Assembly (NCBI RefSeq): GCF_009914755.1
Contig: NC_060934.1
Strand: one strand, 5' to 3'
DNA length: 64,000 bases
Source of the DNA: the human T2T-CHM13v2.0 reference genome, Homo sapiens
In this document: positions 29,585 to 44,632 of the stretch, piece by piece
Layout: each line of letters opens with the position of its first letter
Numbering within the stretch: the first letter of the stretch is position 1
Notes under the pieces: generated by a model
What the model was told of the DNA's origin: nothing
Databases searched by the model: none
The model's input: the letters and a program-made list of their open reading frames with translations, nothing else
Program-made: the position numbers and the translations under genes

Positions 29585-31670
29585 GTACTCTGCTGCGACT
29601 TTCTTTCATACCATAGCCTTTAAAAGAAGGTCTTTGTGTCACTGATTTCGCATTTGTGAGTCCTGAATTTAGTCCGTTTCCTTCTCTTTTATCTTACCTT
29701 CCTTAAATGTTTAAGTACTTAGGCATATGGTGCACTACATAAAAAGAAGTAAATATTCCTTAAATACAGAGTAACTTACAGATTCATATTATGTAGCAGA
29801 TTTCTCCATTCTATAAGAATGACAAGTATAACCTACAGATAATCCAAAAAATAAGTGTTTGAATGATGATTTGAACTTCTATCAAGTTTTTGACCAAAGT
29901 TAGAGAAATGCAGATCTAACTTTTGAGTTTCGTTATTAGTTACCTGGGTCTGCTTTGAATTGCCCACAAGACAAAAAGCAGAAGAAAATAGAAAAAGCAT
30001 GGATTTATCTATAAATCCGATGAGAATCATGAATATTAATGAGTTGAGTGAACATGTCACAGCAAACGAGAATCAAAAATTTTTCTTAAATTTTCTGTGA
30101 TTGAAAAAGAGTAAAATGAAGTTGAATTATAATAAACAAGGAAATTTGCTTTTAGGTGACTAAAAAGTACATATTCCCTGAAACTTAAGGCTATTCCTCT
30201 GTAATGGATTCAGATCAGATTTAAGAAGCAAAAGAGTAGGTGGAAAAATTAAATCAGATCTTATGTATAGTAATACCAGTCACTTTTTATTGTGTTCCCT
30301 AAGAGAGCCAGAACTGTTAGAATGTAAACTTCAAAAATGCATTCCAGATTTTTAAAACATTTCCTCAAAATATTATACTTAAACGTAGTGTAATTGTACT
30401 TTGTATATTCAACCATAAATTAGATATTTCTGTCATATAGTTTTAATTACATTTTCTTTTTCCTTCTCTTCTATGAGTTATCATTTATAGATTTGTTTTT
30501 TTACTTTGCTGTGCATTTTAGGAATATTCCATAAAGGCTTACAAATTATCTTTCATTAGGTAAGATGAGGTATGGTTCATGGCTAATAAGTGTCAAGATT
30601 AGATTTTTATCTGTAATATAAACAATAGCACTCCTATACTCGTCAGTCATTTCTGTAAAACAGAGTAAATCTTTGTGCTGTTATTAAAAGTGAATTCCAA
30701 AATAATTAAATAATAATGGAGTATGTGATAATTTGTGGTGCGTATAGCCTGCGATTTTATGTTTTGCCCCTAACTTCGTTCTGTGTAACTTGCATGAATA
30801 ATGTATTCAGATATGCTTGTTATCAAATATTTGCCATACTAAGCTATAGAATATGTAAAATATTTAAGCTGGACATTTGTTAGTAGTAATACAGTAGTGT
30901 TAATAAACATAAGAGTACACTATTTACTTTTACCTAGAATCGTTAAACTTTGGAGACTTATATTACCAGAATTACAGAAGACAACTTGCCCTTCTAGGTA
31001 AAATGCTATCCAAAAAGATGCTCACAGGTTTACAGTATTTTATCTGTCATGCTGTTCTTCACTATAAAAATAAATGAATTCTTTCAGTTTGAAGTACTGA
31101 ATAGTATGTAAATTTCCTCAAAAAAGTTGCATCTGGAAGGCAGGGTAACCTTCTCAAATTTGTGTTTAACAAAAGTTGCTGCTGAAATGTAAAATCTCCC
31201 CCACGTACACAATGATGATCCCTGCTGCATTATTCGCCTGGAACATGGGGAGTTAGGAGTAAGCAAACTTCCATTAAAGCTCCAGTGAGTGTAGCTTTAA
31301 AAGGAAATTTAGCTTTTGAGACTTTTGAGCAGTTAAACTGTAAAATGATGTCCTGCCTTTGCTTTTGTTACTTCCTTGACTTCTAGGGAATAATATGCTG
31401 ACAAAATGAGCAAAAGCATTGTACAGCAGTCGCCATCATTAGTTCAGAATGTTGTCAGATCTTTTTTATAGCAGACTTCCTTCTGCAGCTCGTGAAGTTA
31501 AGGAACTATAGTCTGAACTCAGTAATCAGAGTAAAAAATTCATTGAAAACATCCTTTGTTCCTTCTGAGCGTCCCTTTTTTTGTTTATATAGTTGATAAT
31601 TTTAGAAAGTTTCAAACATGGAGGATAAAGATAAGAGGAAGCCTGAGGATACTTTATTCAGGATGGAAAA

Positions 31671-31728
<58 letters not shown>
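31671..31728 (+). repeat. (ATAG)14 tetranucleotide microsatellite
   Basis: Perfect atag run. Confidence 0.98.
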
Positions 31729-33317
31729 TTAAAAATATTCAGTGTTTATATTAAATATTTGCTCTCTCAAATACATGTATATAGTCATTTAATTCTATAC
31801 TTTGTCAATTTTGAGTTTTATCATATTTAAAGAAAACCCAATTACCTTTTATGCTGTGTATATTTGCTCATCTCCCTAATATTTAAATATATAAGTTTAT
31901 CATCTAAAGACCAGGACATTTGCTTTATAATTGACCTTTTCAAGATGTGCATTTCCCAACACTTTAAATTTTAAAAAACTGCAGAAATTCTGGTCTCAGT
32001 TTGAAATTGGGCCTGGTAAATGTGGGTTCATGGATATAGAGTGTAGTTTAATGGAAAGAGCTCAGATTTTATACCTGACACCTAATACCAATTTGTCTGC
32101 TCTAATAGTAATACATTTTCTCTCTGTGATCTCAGAAGAGCTTTTCTGACCCTAATTTTTCTATTGAGGAAAAATTTTAATTGTAAAATTATGATGTTCA
32201 CCTTGCAGGACTTCTTTAAGGTGTAAATAGCTAACAATTACATAGTACTTACTACATACCAGGTACCCTACTAATAAGTACATTACTATATTAATTAATC
32301 TAATTCTTACAACAACCCTAAGAGGTACTGTTATATAAATTTTATAGGATGTAAACATTATATACTGTCTCACAAATTTCTTAATGGACATATAAAATTT
32401 TTCATTTTAAATGTCAGTAGTTACAATTTAATTTCTGGCAGAGTAAAACATTGACATTTTAACATCACTATTACATATGAAATCCATAGTATATTAATAC
32501 CTATTATCTTTTTTAAAAATATGAAAATGCTCTTTAAGAAATGTTGTGTCATAATATTTACTTTTTGAGCTCATATTTCCATTCTATATGCACTATAGAA
32601 TTTTATGCAAACGTATATTAATTACTTCATAAACAGTAATTAATTGTAATAGCTTAATATTACTTCTAGAAGGAAAAGTGTTCATCATTCAGTTTCTTTT
32701 TTTTAGCATTGAGGTACCTTTATTCTCAAATAAAAAGATGAAATAAAATTTTATGTTATAACTGAGTTGCTCAGTTTTTATGCATCTTCAGCTATAATGT
32801 CAAAAGTTATTTGTCAATGAAAATATTTTAATGTCCTGTCAGTATTTCTTCAATTTTGTTGAAAACAAAAATTTAAAGCCATCTAATTTGCAAAAAGATT
32901 TGTTTCCCAGTCATTACAATCATCTATTCCCTCATTTTCTGGGACGTATACCAGAAAGACTTTACCAATAGTTATTTATCAAAGGACTAATGATACCTGT
33001 TTTGGGCTTTAAAATGTTTTTTCTCACAGTCACTTTGTTTAATGTATTCAGAAATGATTAAGGAAACTGAAATATGTTAATTTCAGTATCTTTTATCAGT
33101 ATATTTTTCATGAAAAACACTTTTATTACATGAACTGTATTTTGAGCAATACCTTATTGGTTCACCCAATTTCTGGAAAATTTCCAATAACCTACCCAGC
33201 AAAGCCAGTTATCAACATCACACCAGCCAGCCAAGTCAGACTTACTTTCTGTCAGGAAAAAAAGCATTTTTTCGTTTTTTGAACTCAGTGTGTCAATACA
33301 TATTTTGAGGAATTCTA

Positions 33318-33698
<381 letters not shown>

Positions 33699-35366
33699 CT
33701 AGAATTTATTGAAGTAGCAAAATTCATATATAAAATACAGATCATGCAGTTCTGAAAAGTGTATACTATTTAAAAACTCATTATTCCAACAGCTAGCACA
33801 CTTATAATTTTTATTAGGATGTAGAAAATATAAGATGGAGATTGCTTAATTGAAATAAATATTTTATAATATAATTTGATAAAAATAATTTTAACTATCT
33901 TAGCAACTCTACATGGAATCTGTAAGAAATCACATAAAATATTAATTTCATTTTTTACTTTTATCTAGTTTAAATTGAAAAATTGAAGTTGCTTTGAAAA
34001 GAATGCCACTGATTTGTTCTGCTTTAGCTCTTCAGAAATGCTTTTTGTTCTACCTAATGACAAATCCTAGGAATGATGTTTGAGAATGTTATTTGCTTTG
34101 CTCTTATCAGTCTCCTGAAAAGCAATGAATTTTTAAATAATAGGGAGGTCATTAAGGGAAAATTACCCTCACTTCCTCTGGCCATATTATATAGTTAATT
34201 GCAGCTTCCCAACCAGGACCAGCATACCCCCATTTCAGTTGTGCTTTATGCCTAATAGAAATTCATGTAAACAGGAAAGACCAGAAAACCTATAGTGATT
34301 CTCTGTTGCCTTGATTTGTCAGTAAAGAAGGCTTTCCCTAATCGGTATTTTGAACTTTACTCCTTTGGCACCCTGGAGGACTTTACACTCCAAGCAGTGT
34401 ACCATAATCATGTCATGGATGGATAGAGGAATACGCCTTTTCTCTTTTTTTCTTTTAAGAAAGTGAGAACAAGGTATACTGTATAAAGGAGAGCAGGGAG
34501 AAGAATTTTCAAGGATGCTAGGAAAGAGTTTACATGGAAGTTGAGGATCCGGGAGTTGATTCCTTTAAACCCAACAGTCCAGCTTACATTTTAAAAGTCT
34601 TCGCTTACCTCTGGATCCAATAATCCCAATTTGGTAACTACTGACATGAACTAAATAATGCAGTTCTTGGTATATAGCAAATGCTAAATAATTGATAGCT
34701 ATTGAAAAGTGGGGAAAAAAATTAGGATCACCATTTGTTACTGTCATTGGTTCTCAGGTTTTAAACAGCAGTCACCCTGATGAGTTTGGTTACTGCTACA
34801 GTGCAGGAGATGTAGCAAGATTGTTTTAATAACCATCGAACAAACAGATGCCCATACATCCCCATTTTAATTTGGCCAAACTTCAGCCTGCTGGGGAGTG
34901 CTGTTTTACAAATTTAGACCTGACAGTTCAGTCAGAGTCTATAAAGAAGTCATCCCTGAGGCATTTGGGAGCCATACTAAGGCATTGCAGTTGCCAGCAT
35001 GGAGTAGAGACCCTCTTCTGGAGCCAGTGGAGGAAATGGAGGAAAACCATAGTGCAGCAATAATGCTTTAGAAACTTGGCAGCACGCTGGGCTACCTTCT
35101 CAAAGCATAAGCCTTTCTAATTCAAGAAAAGTTGCCACTGCCTTAATCCCACAGTTAAACATTTACTGAGGCAGAAATAGAGAAAGAATAGGCTTGTTTT
35201 ATATGAATACTAGCGTAGCTAAGAAAGAGTTTTCATAGATTTGATACCCTTTGATGCTTATTAGAAATCCTTCTTACTATAGATAATTATTAAAAACTAT
35301 TTTCTAAGAAATCATATAACTGAACTGAACGTCAGAGTGGTTTATATGAGAATTATTCAGATTTAA

Positions 35367-35698
35367 AGTAGAGCTCCCCCCCCCATTATCTGTGGGAGAT
35401 AAATTCCAAGAGTCCCCCATTGAGTGTCTTAAATAAATACTTATATATACTATACTGTTTCCTATACATACATACATATGATAAAGTTTAATTTATAAAT
35501 TTTATACAGAGTTGCAACAAGAACTATAATAAAATACGGTTATAACAATATGCTTTAATAAATTTATGTGAATGTGGTCTCCCTCGCTCGCTCTCAAATT
35601 ATTCTTCTTGTACTGTATTCACCTGATTTCATATTGCAGTTGACCACAGGTAACTGAAACCATGGAAAATGAAGCCACAGATAAGGGGCTGTCTATTG
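35367..35698 (+). mobile_element. MER44-like (Tigger7-derived) MITE
   Basis: TIR-like ccccccattatctgtggg ... ccacagataagggg. Confidence 0.7.
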
Positions 35699-36101
35699 TC
35701 CAACTTTAAATAAGTATTATGATATGATAGGTTGCTAAGAAGGTGACCTTTGAGAACTAAAGTTTTTTTCTTGCTTTATCATTAATTGAGAAAGAATTCA
35801 GTCAACTATATTGCCTTCTCTGTGTTTTATTAGTAAAATGCAATAGAAGTATGACTTTAACATTTGAAAGGGATACTGTGAGAATTTCACACATTCATAG
35901 CATTTTAAACTTATAAAGCAAAGATATATCTTAATACATTACAACAAAATGAGTGGAATTCATTTTTAATTTTCAAGAAATATTTTCTGCAGATTCAAGA
36001 ACAATCATATGTTCTCTCAAGATAAATAATTTCTTATTTAGAAAACCTTTGTAATAACTTAGTGGTGAGATTGCTGTCTTAAAAGTATGCATTTTTTTTA
36101 G

Positions 36102-36263
36102 TAAAAGATGATGAATGCGAGTCAGATGCAGAAAATGAGCAAAACCATGATCCTAATGTTGAAGAGTTTCTACAACAACAAGACACTGCTGTCATTTTTC
36201 CTGAGGCACCTGAAGAGGACCAGAGGCAGGGCACACCAGAAGCCAGTGGTCATGATGAAAATG
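36102..36263 (+). CDS. ZEB1: ZEB1 exon 4 (162 nt)
   Basis: tttttag|TAAAAGAT...GAAAATG|gtaaat; [54 protein letters not shown]. Confidence 0.97.
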
Positions 36264-37166
36264 GTAAATGGATCTTAACAGTTGTGTTTCTTTCCCTCTT
36301 TAAAGGATTCTTGTTTCTACCATTCTACTATGGGAACCTGCTCTACTATAGGGAACATTCTTGAAGACCAAACTTTATTACAGGTGCCTATAGAGAGTAA
36401 TCTGTTTTATTAATGGAACACTATGATGACCATGCAGTAATAAATTATTAGCTGCTCATGTATTGTGGTAGTAATGCCACTGCATGTGAAATGCTTAGAA
36501 CAGTGTCTGGACATCAAATTCCATTTACTTACATGGTAGCAGGCAGTAGAAGTGAGAACTATACCTTTACTGCCCTTTGGATTCTTTCCCACCATTCTTT
36601 TAACAAATAAAAATATGGTTGTCTGCTTTATACCAGAACATACTAATTTGGAAACAGTGGTTTTCCTGAATCTGCCTTAGTCCACTCTGATATGAATAGT
36701 CAGCGTACAGAGTGTGGAAAATGCAATAAAAATGTGTTCAGACTCTCCTGAGAAGAAATAGGCTGTGATACAGTTTGGGAGGAAAAGACTATGTTATTGT
36801 TTCACCAGAAGAAACTAGGTTATCAAAGAAATGAAAGGGAAATACAAAATTTAAAAATATATGTATATTTACGTAAAATTTTTATGTGACAAAAGGCTTT
36901 CAAAAAGCCTCACTGAAAGGAAACAATGAAACCTAAAGAAATGATCCATTATGTAGTTCTAATAAAGGTTAAACCTTTTAAAGTTTGTCAGGTCCATACA
37001 GTACGATCTAAAAATTGAGGAACTACCATTCTGAATTAGTTTGAATTATAGAATAAGTTGTTGATTTTGTTATTCATTACTTTCAGATATTTAATGTAAT
37101 TTAATTAAATGCTAATAAAGCATTTTGAAGTATTCTGTCATATCAGCGACATTTGTTTACATATTT

Positions 37167-40100
37167 ATCCCTTTTTATAACCAAATAGTATTCATTCGTG
37201 TGTATATGCCACATTTGCTTCATCCATTGATGTACACTGAGGTTGATTCCATATCTTTGCTATTGTGAATAGTACTGTAATAAGCATGAAGATCCAGGCA
37301 TCTCTTTGATATACCAACTTCCTTTGGATAAATACCCAGTAGTGGAATTGCTGGATCATATAATAGTTCTATTTTTAGTTTTTTTTGAGAAATCTCCGTA
37401 GTATTTTCACAGTGGCTGTCCTAATTTTCATTCCCACCAAGAATGTATGAGAGTTCCCTTTTCTCCACATCTTCACCAGCATTCATTAGTTTTTGTCTTT
37501 AATAGCAATACTAACTGGGATGAAATGATATATTATTGTGGTTTTGATTTGCATTTCTCTAATGATTAGTGATGGTGAGCATTTTTTTGTATATCTGTGG
37601 CTATTTGTATGTCTTCTTTTAAGAAATGTTTATTCATATCCTTTGCCCACTTTTCAATAGGATTATTTGGGTTTTTTAAATCTGTTGAATAGTTTGTGTA
37701 TTCTTCATATTAGTCCCTTGTCAGATGAGTAATTTGCAGATATTCACTCTGTTGTTTCCTTTGCTGAGTCTTAGCAATAAAGTCTTTGCCTACCCAAATG
37801 TCCTGAGTGTTTTCTGTATGTTTTCTTCTAGTTTTATGGTGTTGTGTCTTATGTTTAAGTCTTTCATTGATCTTGAGTTGATTTTTGTATGTGGTGAGAA
37901 ATAGGAGTCCAGTTTCATTCTTCACATGTTAATATTCAGTTTTCCCAGCACCATTTATTGGAGAGTGTGTCCTTTTCCTGGTGTATGTTTTTGGTGCCTT
38001 GTCGAAATCAAATGGCTGTTAATAATGTGGATTTTATTCTGGGTTCTCTGTTCTCTTCCACTGGTCTGTGTGTGTCTGTTTTTTACTAATGCCATGCTGT
38101 TTTCCTTACTGTACCTTGTATTATATTTTGAAGTCAGGTAGTGCGATGTCTCCAGCTTTGTTCTTTTTGCTCAGGATTGCTTTGGCTATATTGGTCTTTT
38201 GTGGTTCCGTAAAAGTTTTAGGATTGTTTTTTCTGCTTCTGTGAAAAATGACATAGATATTTTGATAGGGATTGGATTGAATCTGTAGATCGCTCTGGGC
38301 AATATGATCATTTTAATGATGTTAATTCTTCTGATCCATGAGCATGGGATGTCTTTCCATTTACTTGTGTCTTCTTCAATTTCTTTCATCAATATTTTGT
38401 AGTTTTCCTTGGAGAGGTCTTTCACCTTCTTGGGTAAATTTATCCCTAGGTATTTTACTTTTTTGTAGCTACTATAAATGAGATGGTCTTCTTGATTTAT
38501 TTCTCGTCTAGTTCATTATTGGTGTACAGAAACACTGCTGATTTTTATGTTGAGTTTTGTATCCTGCAACTTTCAGTTTATTTAGCAGATTGCAGTTTTT
38601 TGGTTGTGTCTTTAGGTTTTTCTAGATATTAGATCATATAGTCTGCAAAGAGAGACTATTTGACTTCTTTTCCAAATTGGATGGCTTTTATTTCTTTCTC
38701 TTGCCCAATTGCTCTGGCTAGGACTTTCCAATACTGTGTTGAATAGGAGTGGTGAAGGAGTGGAAATCCTTTTCTGATTACACTTCTTAGAGGGACGTCT
38801 GTCAGCTTGTTCCATGCAGTATGCTGTGGTTCTGTCATATATGTCCTTTATTATATGGAGGTGAACCATCTTTGCATCCCTGGGATAAATCCCACTTGAT
38901 CATATTGCATTATCTTTTTGACGTGCTGTTAGATTTAGTTTGTGAATATTTTTTTGAGGATTTTGTATCTGTTGTCATCAGGGATATTGACCTGGATAGT
39001 TTTCCGTTTTTTGTTTCATCTTTCTCTGGTTTTGGTATCAAGATAGTGATGGACTTATAGAATGAAGTAGGGAGAATTCCCTCCTCTTCAGTTTTTTGGA
39101 ATAGTTTGAGGAGAACTAGTGTTAGCTCTTCTTTGACAGTTTGGTAGAATTCAGCAGTGAACCCTTTCAGTCCCAGACTTGAAATATTCATTATGGATTC
39201 AATCTCATTACTCATTATTGGTCTGTTCAGGTTTTCTATTTCTTTCTAATTTAATCTTGGTAGGCTGTGTCCAGGAATTTATCCATATCCTCTAGGTTTT
39301 TCAGTTTTTTCATGTATAGTTGTTCATAATTGTCTCTTTTGTATTTCTGTGGTATCATTTGTTAGTCTTCTTTTTCATTTTTTATTTGCATCTTCTCTGT
39401 TCTTTTCTTAGTCTAGCTAGTGGTTTATCAGTTTTGTTACCTTTTCAAAAAAACCAACTTTTTGTTTTGTTATTTGTGTTGTTTTTTAGTCTTCATTTCA
39501 TTGATTTTGTTCTGATTGTTATTATTTCTTTCCTTCTTAAATCCTAATTTAGGGTTTGCTTTGTTCTTGCTTTTCTAAGTTCTTGAGGCACATTGTTAGA
39601 TTATTTGAAATGTTTCTATTTTTTTGTTTTAGGTATTTATTGCTATATACTTCCTCTTAGTGCTTTTGCTATATTTCATAGGTTTTGATATGTTCTGTTT
39701 TGATTTTCATTTAAAGAAATTTTAATTTTAATTTCATTTAAAGAAATTTTAAATTTTCCTCCTTATTTCTTCCTTGACCCAGTGGTTATTCAAAAGCATG
39801 TTGTTTAATTTTCATGTGTGTGTAGAGTTTCCAAAGTTCCTCTTATTATTAAAATCTATAGTTGTATTACTTTGTGGTCTAAAAGCTACTTGATATGATT
39901 TTGATTTTTAAAAATTTGTTTGAGACTTGTCATGGGTCCCAACATACAGTCTATCCTAGAGTATGTTCTGTGTGTTGATGACAAGAATATGTATCCTTTA
40001 GTAGTTGGTTAAAATGTTCTGTAAGTGTCTCACATCCATTTGGTATAAAATGCAGTTTAAATTCAGTGTTTCTTTGTTAAGTGTCTTTCTACATGATCTG

Positions 40101-43100
40101 TCTAATGCTGATAGGGGTGTTGAAGTCCCTAACTATTATTGTATTAGAATCTGTCTCTCCCTTTAGATCTAATAATATTTCCTTTATATAGCCAGGTACT
40201 CCAGTCTTGGGTACATATATGTTAAGAATTGTTATATCCTCTTACTGAATTGATTCCTTTGTCATTCTTTAATGACCTTCTTTGTCCCCTTATACTGTTT
40301 TGTTTACTGGATTTAAGAGTTTATCTCATTATAGCTACTCCTGCTCACTATGGTTTCCATTTGCATGGACATCTTTTTCTGTCCCTTTACTTTCAGTCTA
40401 TATGGATCTTTACAGGTGAGATGAATTTCTTCTAGGCAGCACATAGCTGGGTCACAGTTTTTATCCATTCAGCCAATCTGTACCTTTTAAGTGGAAAGTT
40501 TAATCCGTTTATGTTATTATTATTGATATGTTAGAGCCTATTTCTGTCATTTTGATTTCTGGTTGTTTTGTGTATCATTTGTTCCTTTCTTTCTTACTGA
40601 TTATTATTGTGGTTTGATAGTTTTCTATAGTGGTAACATTTGAGTTCTTTCTCTTTCTTATTTGTACTTGTTCTACCAGTGGATTTTATATTTTCATGTG
40701 TTTTCATTATGGTAGATATCTTCCTGTCACTTCCATGGATAAGACTCCCTTAAACATTTCTTGTAGGGCCAGTCTAGTGGTCATGAATTCTCTCAGCTTT
40801 TACTTGTTTAGGAAAGACTTTATTTCTCTTTCATTTATGAAGGATAATTTTGCTGGGTATGATATTCTTGGCTGGCAGGGTTTTTTTCTTTCAATACTTT
40901 GAATAAATATATCATTTCTTTCTCTCCTTGCCTATAAAGTTTCTGCTGATAAACTGCTATTAGTCGTATGGAGGTTCCCTTACAAGTGATTGGACACTTT
41001 TCTCGTGTTGTTTTTAGAATATCTCTTTGTCTTTTACTTTTGACAGTGAATATAATGTGCCATGGAGAAGATCTTTTTGAATTGTATCTATTTGGGGGTG
41101 CGCTGAGCTTTCTGTATCTGGATGTCTAAATCCTTTGCTAGACTTGGGAAATTTTTGGATATTATTTCATTAAATAGGTTTTCTATCCCTTTTGTTTCCT
41201 CTTTGCCTTATAACACATCAAAAATTCGAATATTTGGTTACTTTATAGTTTCTTATATGTCACACAGGCTTTGTTCATTGTTTTTTTATTCTTTTTTCTC
41301 TTACTAGGTTATTTTAAAAGACCTGTCTTCAAGTTCTAAAATTCTTCTTCTGCTTGACCTAATCTATTGCTGAAGCTTTCAGTTGTCTTTTGTCTTTCAT
41401 TCGGTGAATTCTTCAATTCCAGAATTTGTTTAGTTCTTTTTTATGATACTTACCTCTTTGGTAAATTTCTCATTCATATCCTGATTTGTTTTTCTGGTTC
41501 CTTTGTGTTGCTTTTCTGTTTTCTTCTATCTCACTTAGCTTTTATAAGATCATTATTTTTAATCATTTTCCAGGATTTCATAAATTTATTTTGATTGGAA
41601 TCTGTTGCTGGATAATTATTGTATTTTTTGGAGGTGTCATATTTCCTTCCTTTTTCATGTTTCTTGTATTCTTACCTTGATACCACACATCTGGTATAAT
41701 AGTCAATTATTCTGGTTTTTTGGATTTGCTTTCATTGGTTGAGTAGGGCACTTTGGCTTTGATTCTGGGTACATGTGGTAGTGTAATTTCTGTATGATAT
41801 CTTTCGTTATAAATAGTGTGAGTAGGGTCCGTGATTTCCTCGTTGGCTTAGGTGCAATTGTTAGTGGAGGCTGAGGTGAAGTTTGGCTGGGACAGGGATG
41901 CCAGGTGGACCATTCCTTGGGCCCTAGCAGTGGTAGTAACGGGCTTACAGTACCTGTCCTTAGACCACAGGGTGGCACATTGACACCTTGTGTTAGCAGG
42001 TCCAGTTGGGCTGATCCTTGGAACTCCAGGTGGCTTGCTTGGGTGCTGGTAGTGGCAGTGGTAAGCTGGGCAGGTGGGCAGGTTCTCAGGCTCCTGGGCA
42101 GTGGATGTCACTTGGGCAATGGCAGTAGCAGTGGCAGGACACCCTCTGGTTCCCTAGTGATTCACGCTGGTGTTGGCAGTGACTGCAATGGGCTGGGTGA
42201 GTCAGTCCCCAGGCCTACCGGTGGTGCATGCAGGAGGGTGCCAGCTGTAGTGATAGTAGCAGGTTGGGTGGACCCAACCTCAGGCCTCCAGGAGGAGTGT
42301 TCAGGTGACAACAGTGTTGGACTGGGCTGGGTCATCCCCACGTCCCTGAATAGCATGCTCGGAAACTGGGGAGGAGGTAAGCTGGGCCAGATGGACCTGT
42401 CCTCAGGCCCCTTGGTGGTGTGTGTAGGCATTGGCTATCATGGCAGGGGCAGGATGATCCCAGGCCACCAGCAGAGTGCTCAGGTAAGGACATCAGTGGT
42501 TGCACTGTGGCCTTCTTACTGGGGAGGGCAAGGTTGCTCTTGGTGGCAGCAGCCATAGGGAGGGAGCTGGGAAATGTGCGCTTTAGCCCCAGACAGCGGC
42601 TGTGGATGGGGTAGCCTGTCCTCAGGTCCCTTATAAATGCTTAGCAGCTCAGCTGCTGAGGAAATTAGGGTCGCTGCCAGTGGCTAGCACTTTGTCCCCA
42701 GCGGTGGAAGCCCACAGTGGCAGCAGTCTGTTGGGGAGTCTGTCCTTGGGGCATGTAAAAATGTGTGCAGCTCCTCTGCTGGGAGGAGGTATGGTCACTG
42801 CCAATGGCTTGCACTTCAGCCTTAGCAGCCGCAACCAGCATTAGTGATGACTGGGAAGGGAGGTATGTCAGTGGGGCTCAACAGGATGTAGTCTGTTGGG
42901 GGTTGGGCTCTCAAAATAGTGCTGTGCTGTAGCTACTTAGAACTCAGGGGGTGTACAGATTCAGCATAAGCTCCCTCTCCGGAGCAGCATTGTCATGTGG
43001 TCTCCACATACCTCCCTGTGTTAGTCTCAGAGCCCACGATGGTCCAGGGGTTCTCCCATGGCTAGGATTGCAGGAGTCCATGGTGGGAATGTGGACCCCT

Positions 43101-43326
43101 GGGGGTCTCTCACTTACTCTTTCCCTGCATTGGAGAGCCTTTGCAGGTTGCTTTACTTCCTTCTTCCTTACTTGAGGTGTTTCCTGTCACTTTTCTGTTG
43201 AATTCCAGTGTTCTCTCTTAGATGATCTATGTGAAGTGTGATTATTACCTCATTATTTTGGTTTTTCCTTGTAGAGGAGGTGAGTACCAGATGCCTCTAT
43301 TCAGCCATCTTGAAGCCCCTCTCTCA
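37167..43326 (-). mobile_element. Long old L1 (L1MA/L1PB-age), antisense, 5' end intact, 3'UTR absent
   Basis: 5' motif on minus strand gaggggcttcaagatggctgaatag (~43320); GC-rich 5'UTR 41800-43320; ORF2 remnants ([25 protein letters not shown]; GFTAEFYQT). Confidence 0.85.
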
Positions 43327-44164
43327 ACATATTTGACCAACTATTTAACATTCAGGTGCTCAGTCTATTATTTGCAGTCTGGTCCTTGAGCAAGACATTT
43401 GATTTATATGGACTTGAATAAAGGAATATATGTTCAGAAAGCACTTGGAGATTTTATGAAATTATCTGTGGTGGTTTGTTTTTCTATAGTGAATTCAAAA
43501 TGAAAATAGAGATGATGTTTACAAAAAGATATCACTTAATTTATTTCATTGAAGAAATGTCAAATATGGAAAACTACTCTTAGTTAAATAATATTAATTG
43601 GCAAAATATTACATTTTAGGATTGTCAGGCTTAGACAGCTCCAAGTGTAAAAATAAAGTTCATTCAGTAAACTAATTTATTCAGAATGCCTTTGTTTTCT
43701 AAAAGCTATATATATTCATACATATACAGTTATATAGCAGATTTGCCAGTGTATTTCAATAGGGGAAATTACAAGCAGGGTCATGCATGGGATGTGTTTA
43801 TGTAGCAGGCCTAGATCTGGCCCCCATCAGTCTTTCCTTCCCCACCTTACACACTATTTTTTTGGTCTGAACTCAGTCCTATGGCCACACCTACCTGCAA
43901 GGGACTCTTGGAAACATAGTGTGTGTGTACTGTTTACTCTTTGATGATGATGACTTGGTAGTTTCATTTTCAAAATCAGAGGAATAAACATTAAATAAAT
44001 AATGATACATACCATTGTTACCAATAGACTCTGTTGTAGAGCACAAAATTCCCCTTTAATCTGTATACACTTACAAAGACAACCTACATTCTAATTTTAC
44101 TTTTGTTTTCTTTTCTAGCTAATCACATGACAAAAGGGAAGAATTATGGTTTAGGGAAAAAGAA

Positions 44165-44365
44165 TGGGACTTGAAGGTCAGACAGCCCGTATTTGAACCC
44201 TGACTTCATCATTTTCTGGCTCTGTGACTTTTCTTTTAAGTTATTTAACCTTCCTGGAAACCACTGTTCTCTCTCTTATAAAATAGAGATGAGTATCATT
44301 GCATTGTTTTGAGGATCAAATATAAAGTGGGTAGCACAATATCTGGAACATAGCATAGGGACTCA
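44165..44365 (+). mobile_element. MIR
   Basis: gtcagacagcccgtatttgaaccctgac...aagttatttaacctt...gaggatcaaat...agcacaatatctggaacatag. Confidence 0.65.
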
Positions 44366-44429
44366 GTGGAAACTTTGGTAATATTTTCTGAATGTTTTAA
44401 ATTTAAAATATATGATCTTTCTTTTACAG

Positions 44430-44632
44430 GAACACCAGATGCATTTTCACAATTACTCACCTGTCCATATTGTGATAGAGGCTATAAACGCTTTACCTCT
44501 CTGAAAGAACACATTAAATATCGTCATGAAAAGAATGAAGATAACTTTAGTTGCTCCCTGTGCAGTTACACCTTTGCATACAGAACCCAACTTGAACGTC
44601 ACATGACATCACATAAATCAGGAAGAGATCAA
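44430..44632 (+). CDS. ZEB1: ZEB1 exon 5 (203 nt; C2H2 fingers 1-2)
   Basis: ttacag|GAACACCA...GATCAA|gtaagt; [43 protein letters not shown]. Confidence 0.98.

Noticed and set aside
41905-42558. 217-aa + strand ORF
   Set aside because: Lies antisense in the GC-rich 5'UTR of an old L1, has a GTG start and no recognisable domain; expected by chance in stop-poor sequence
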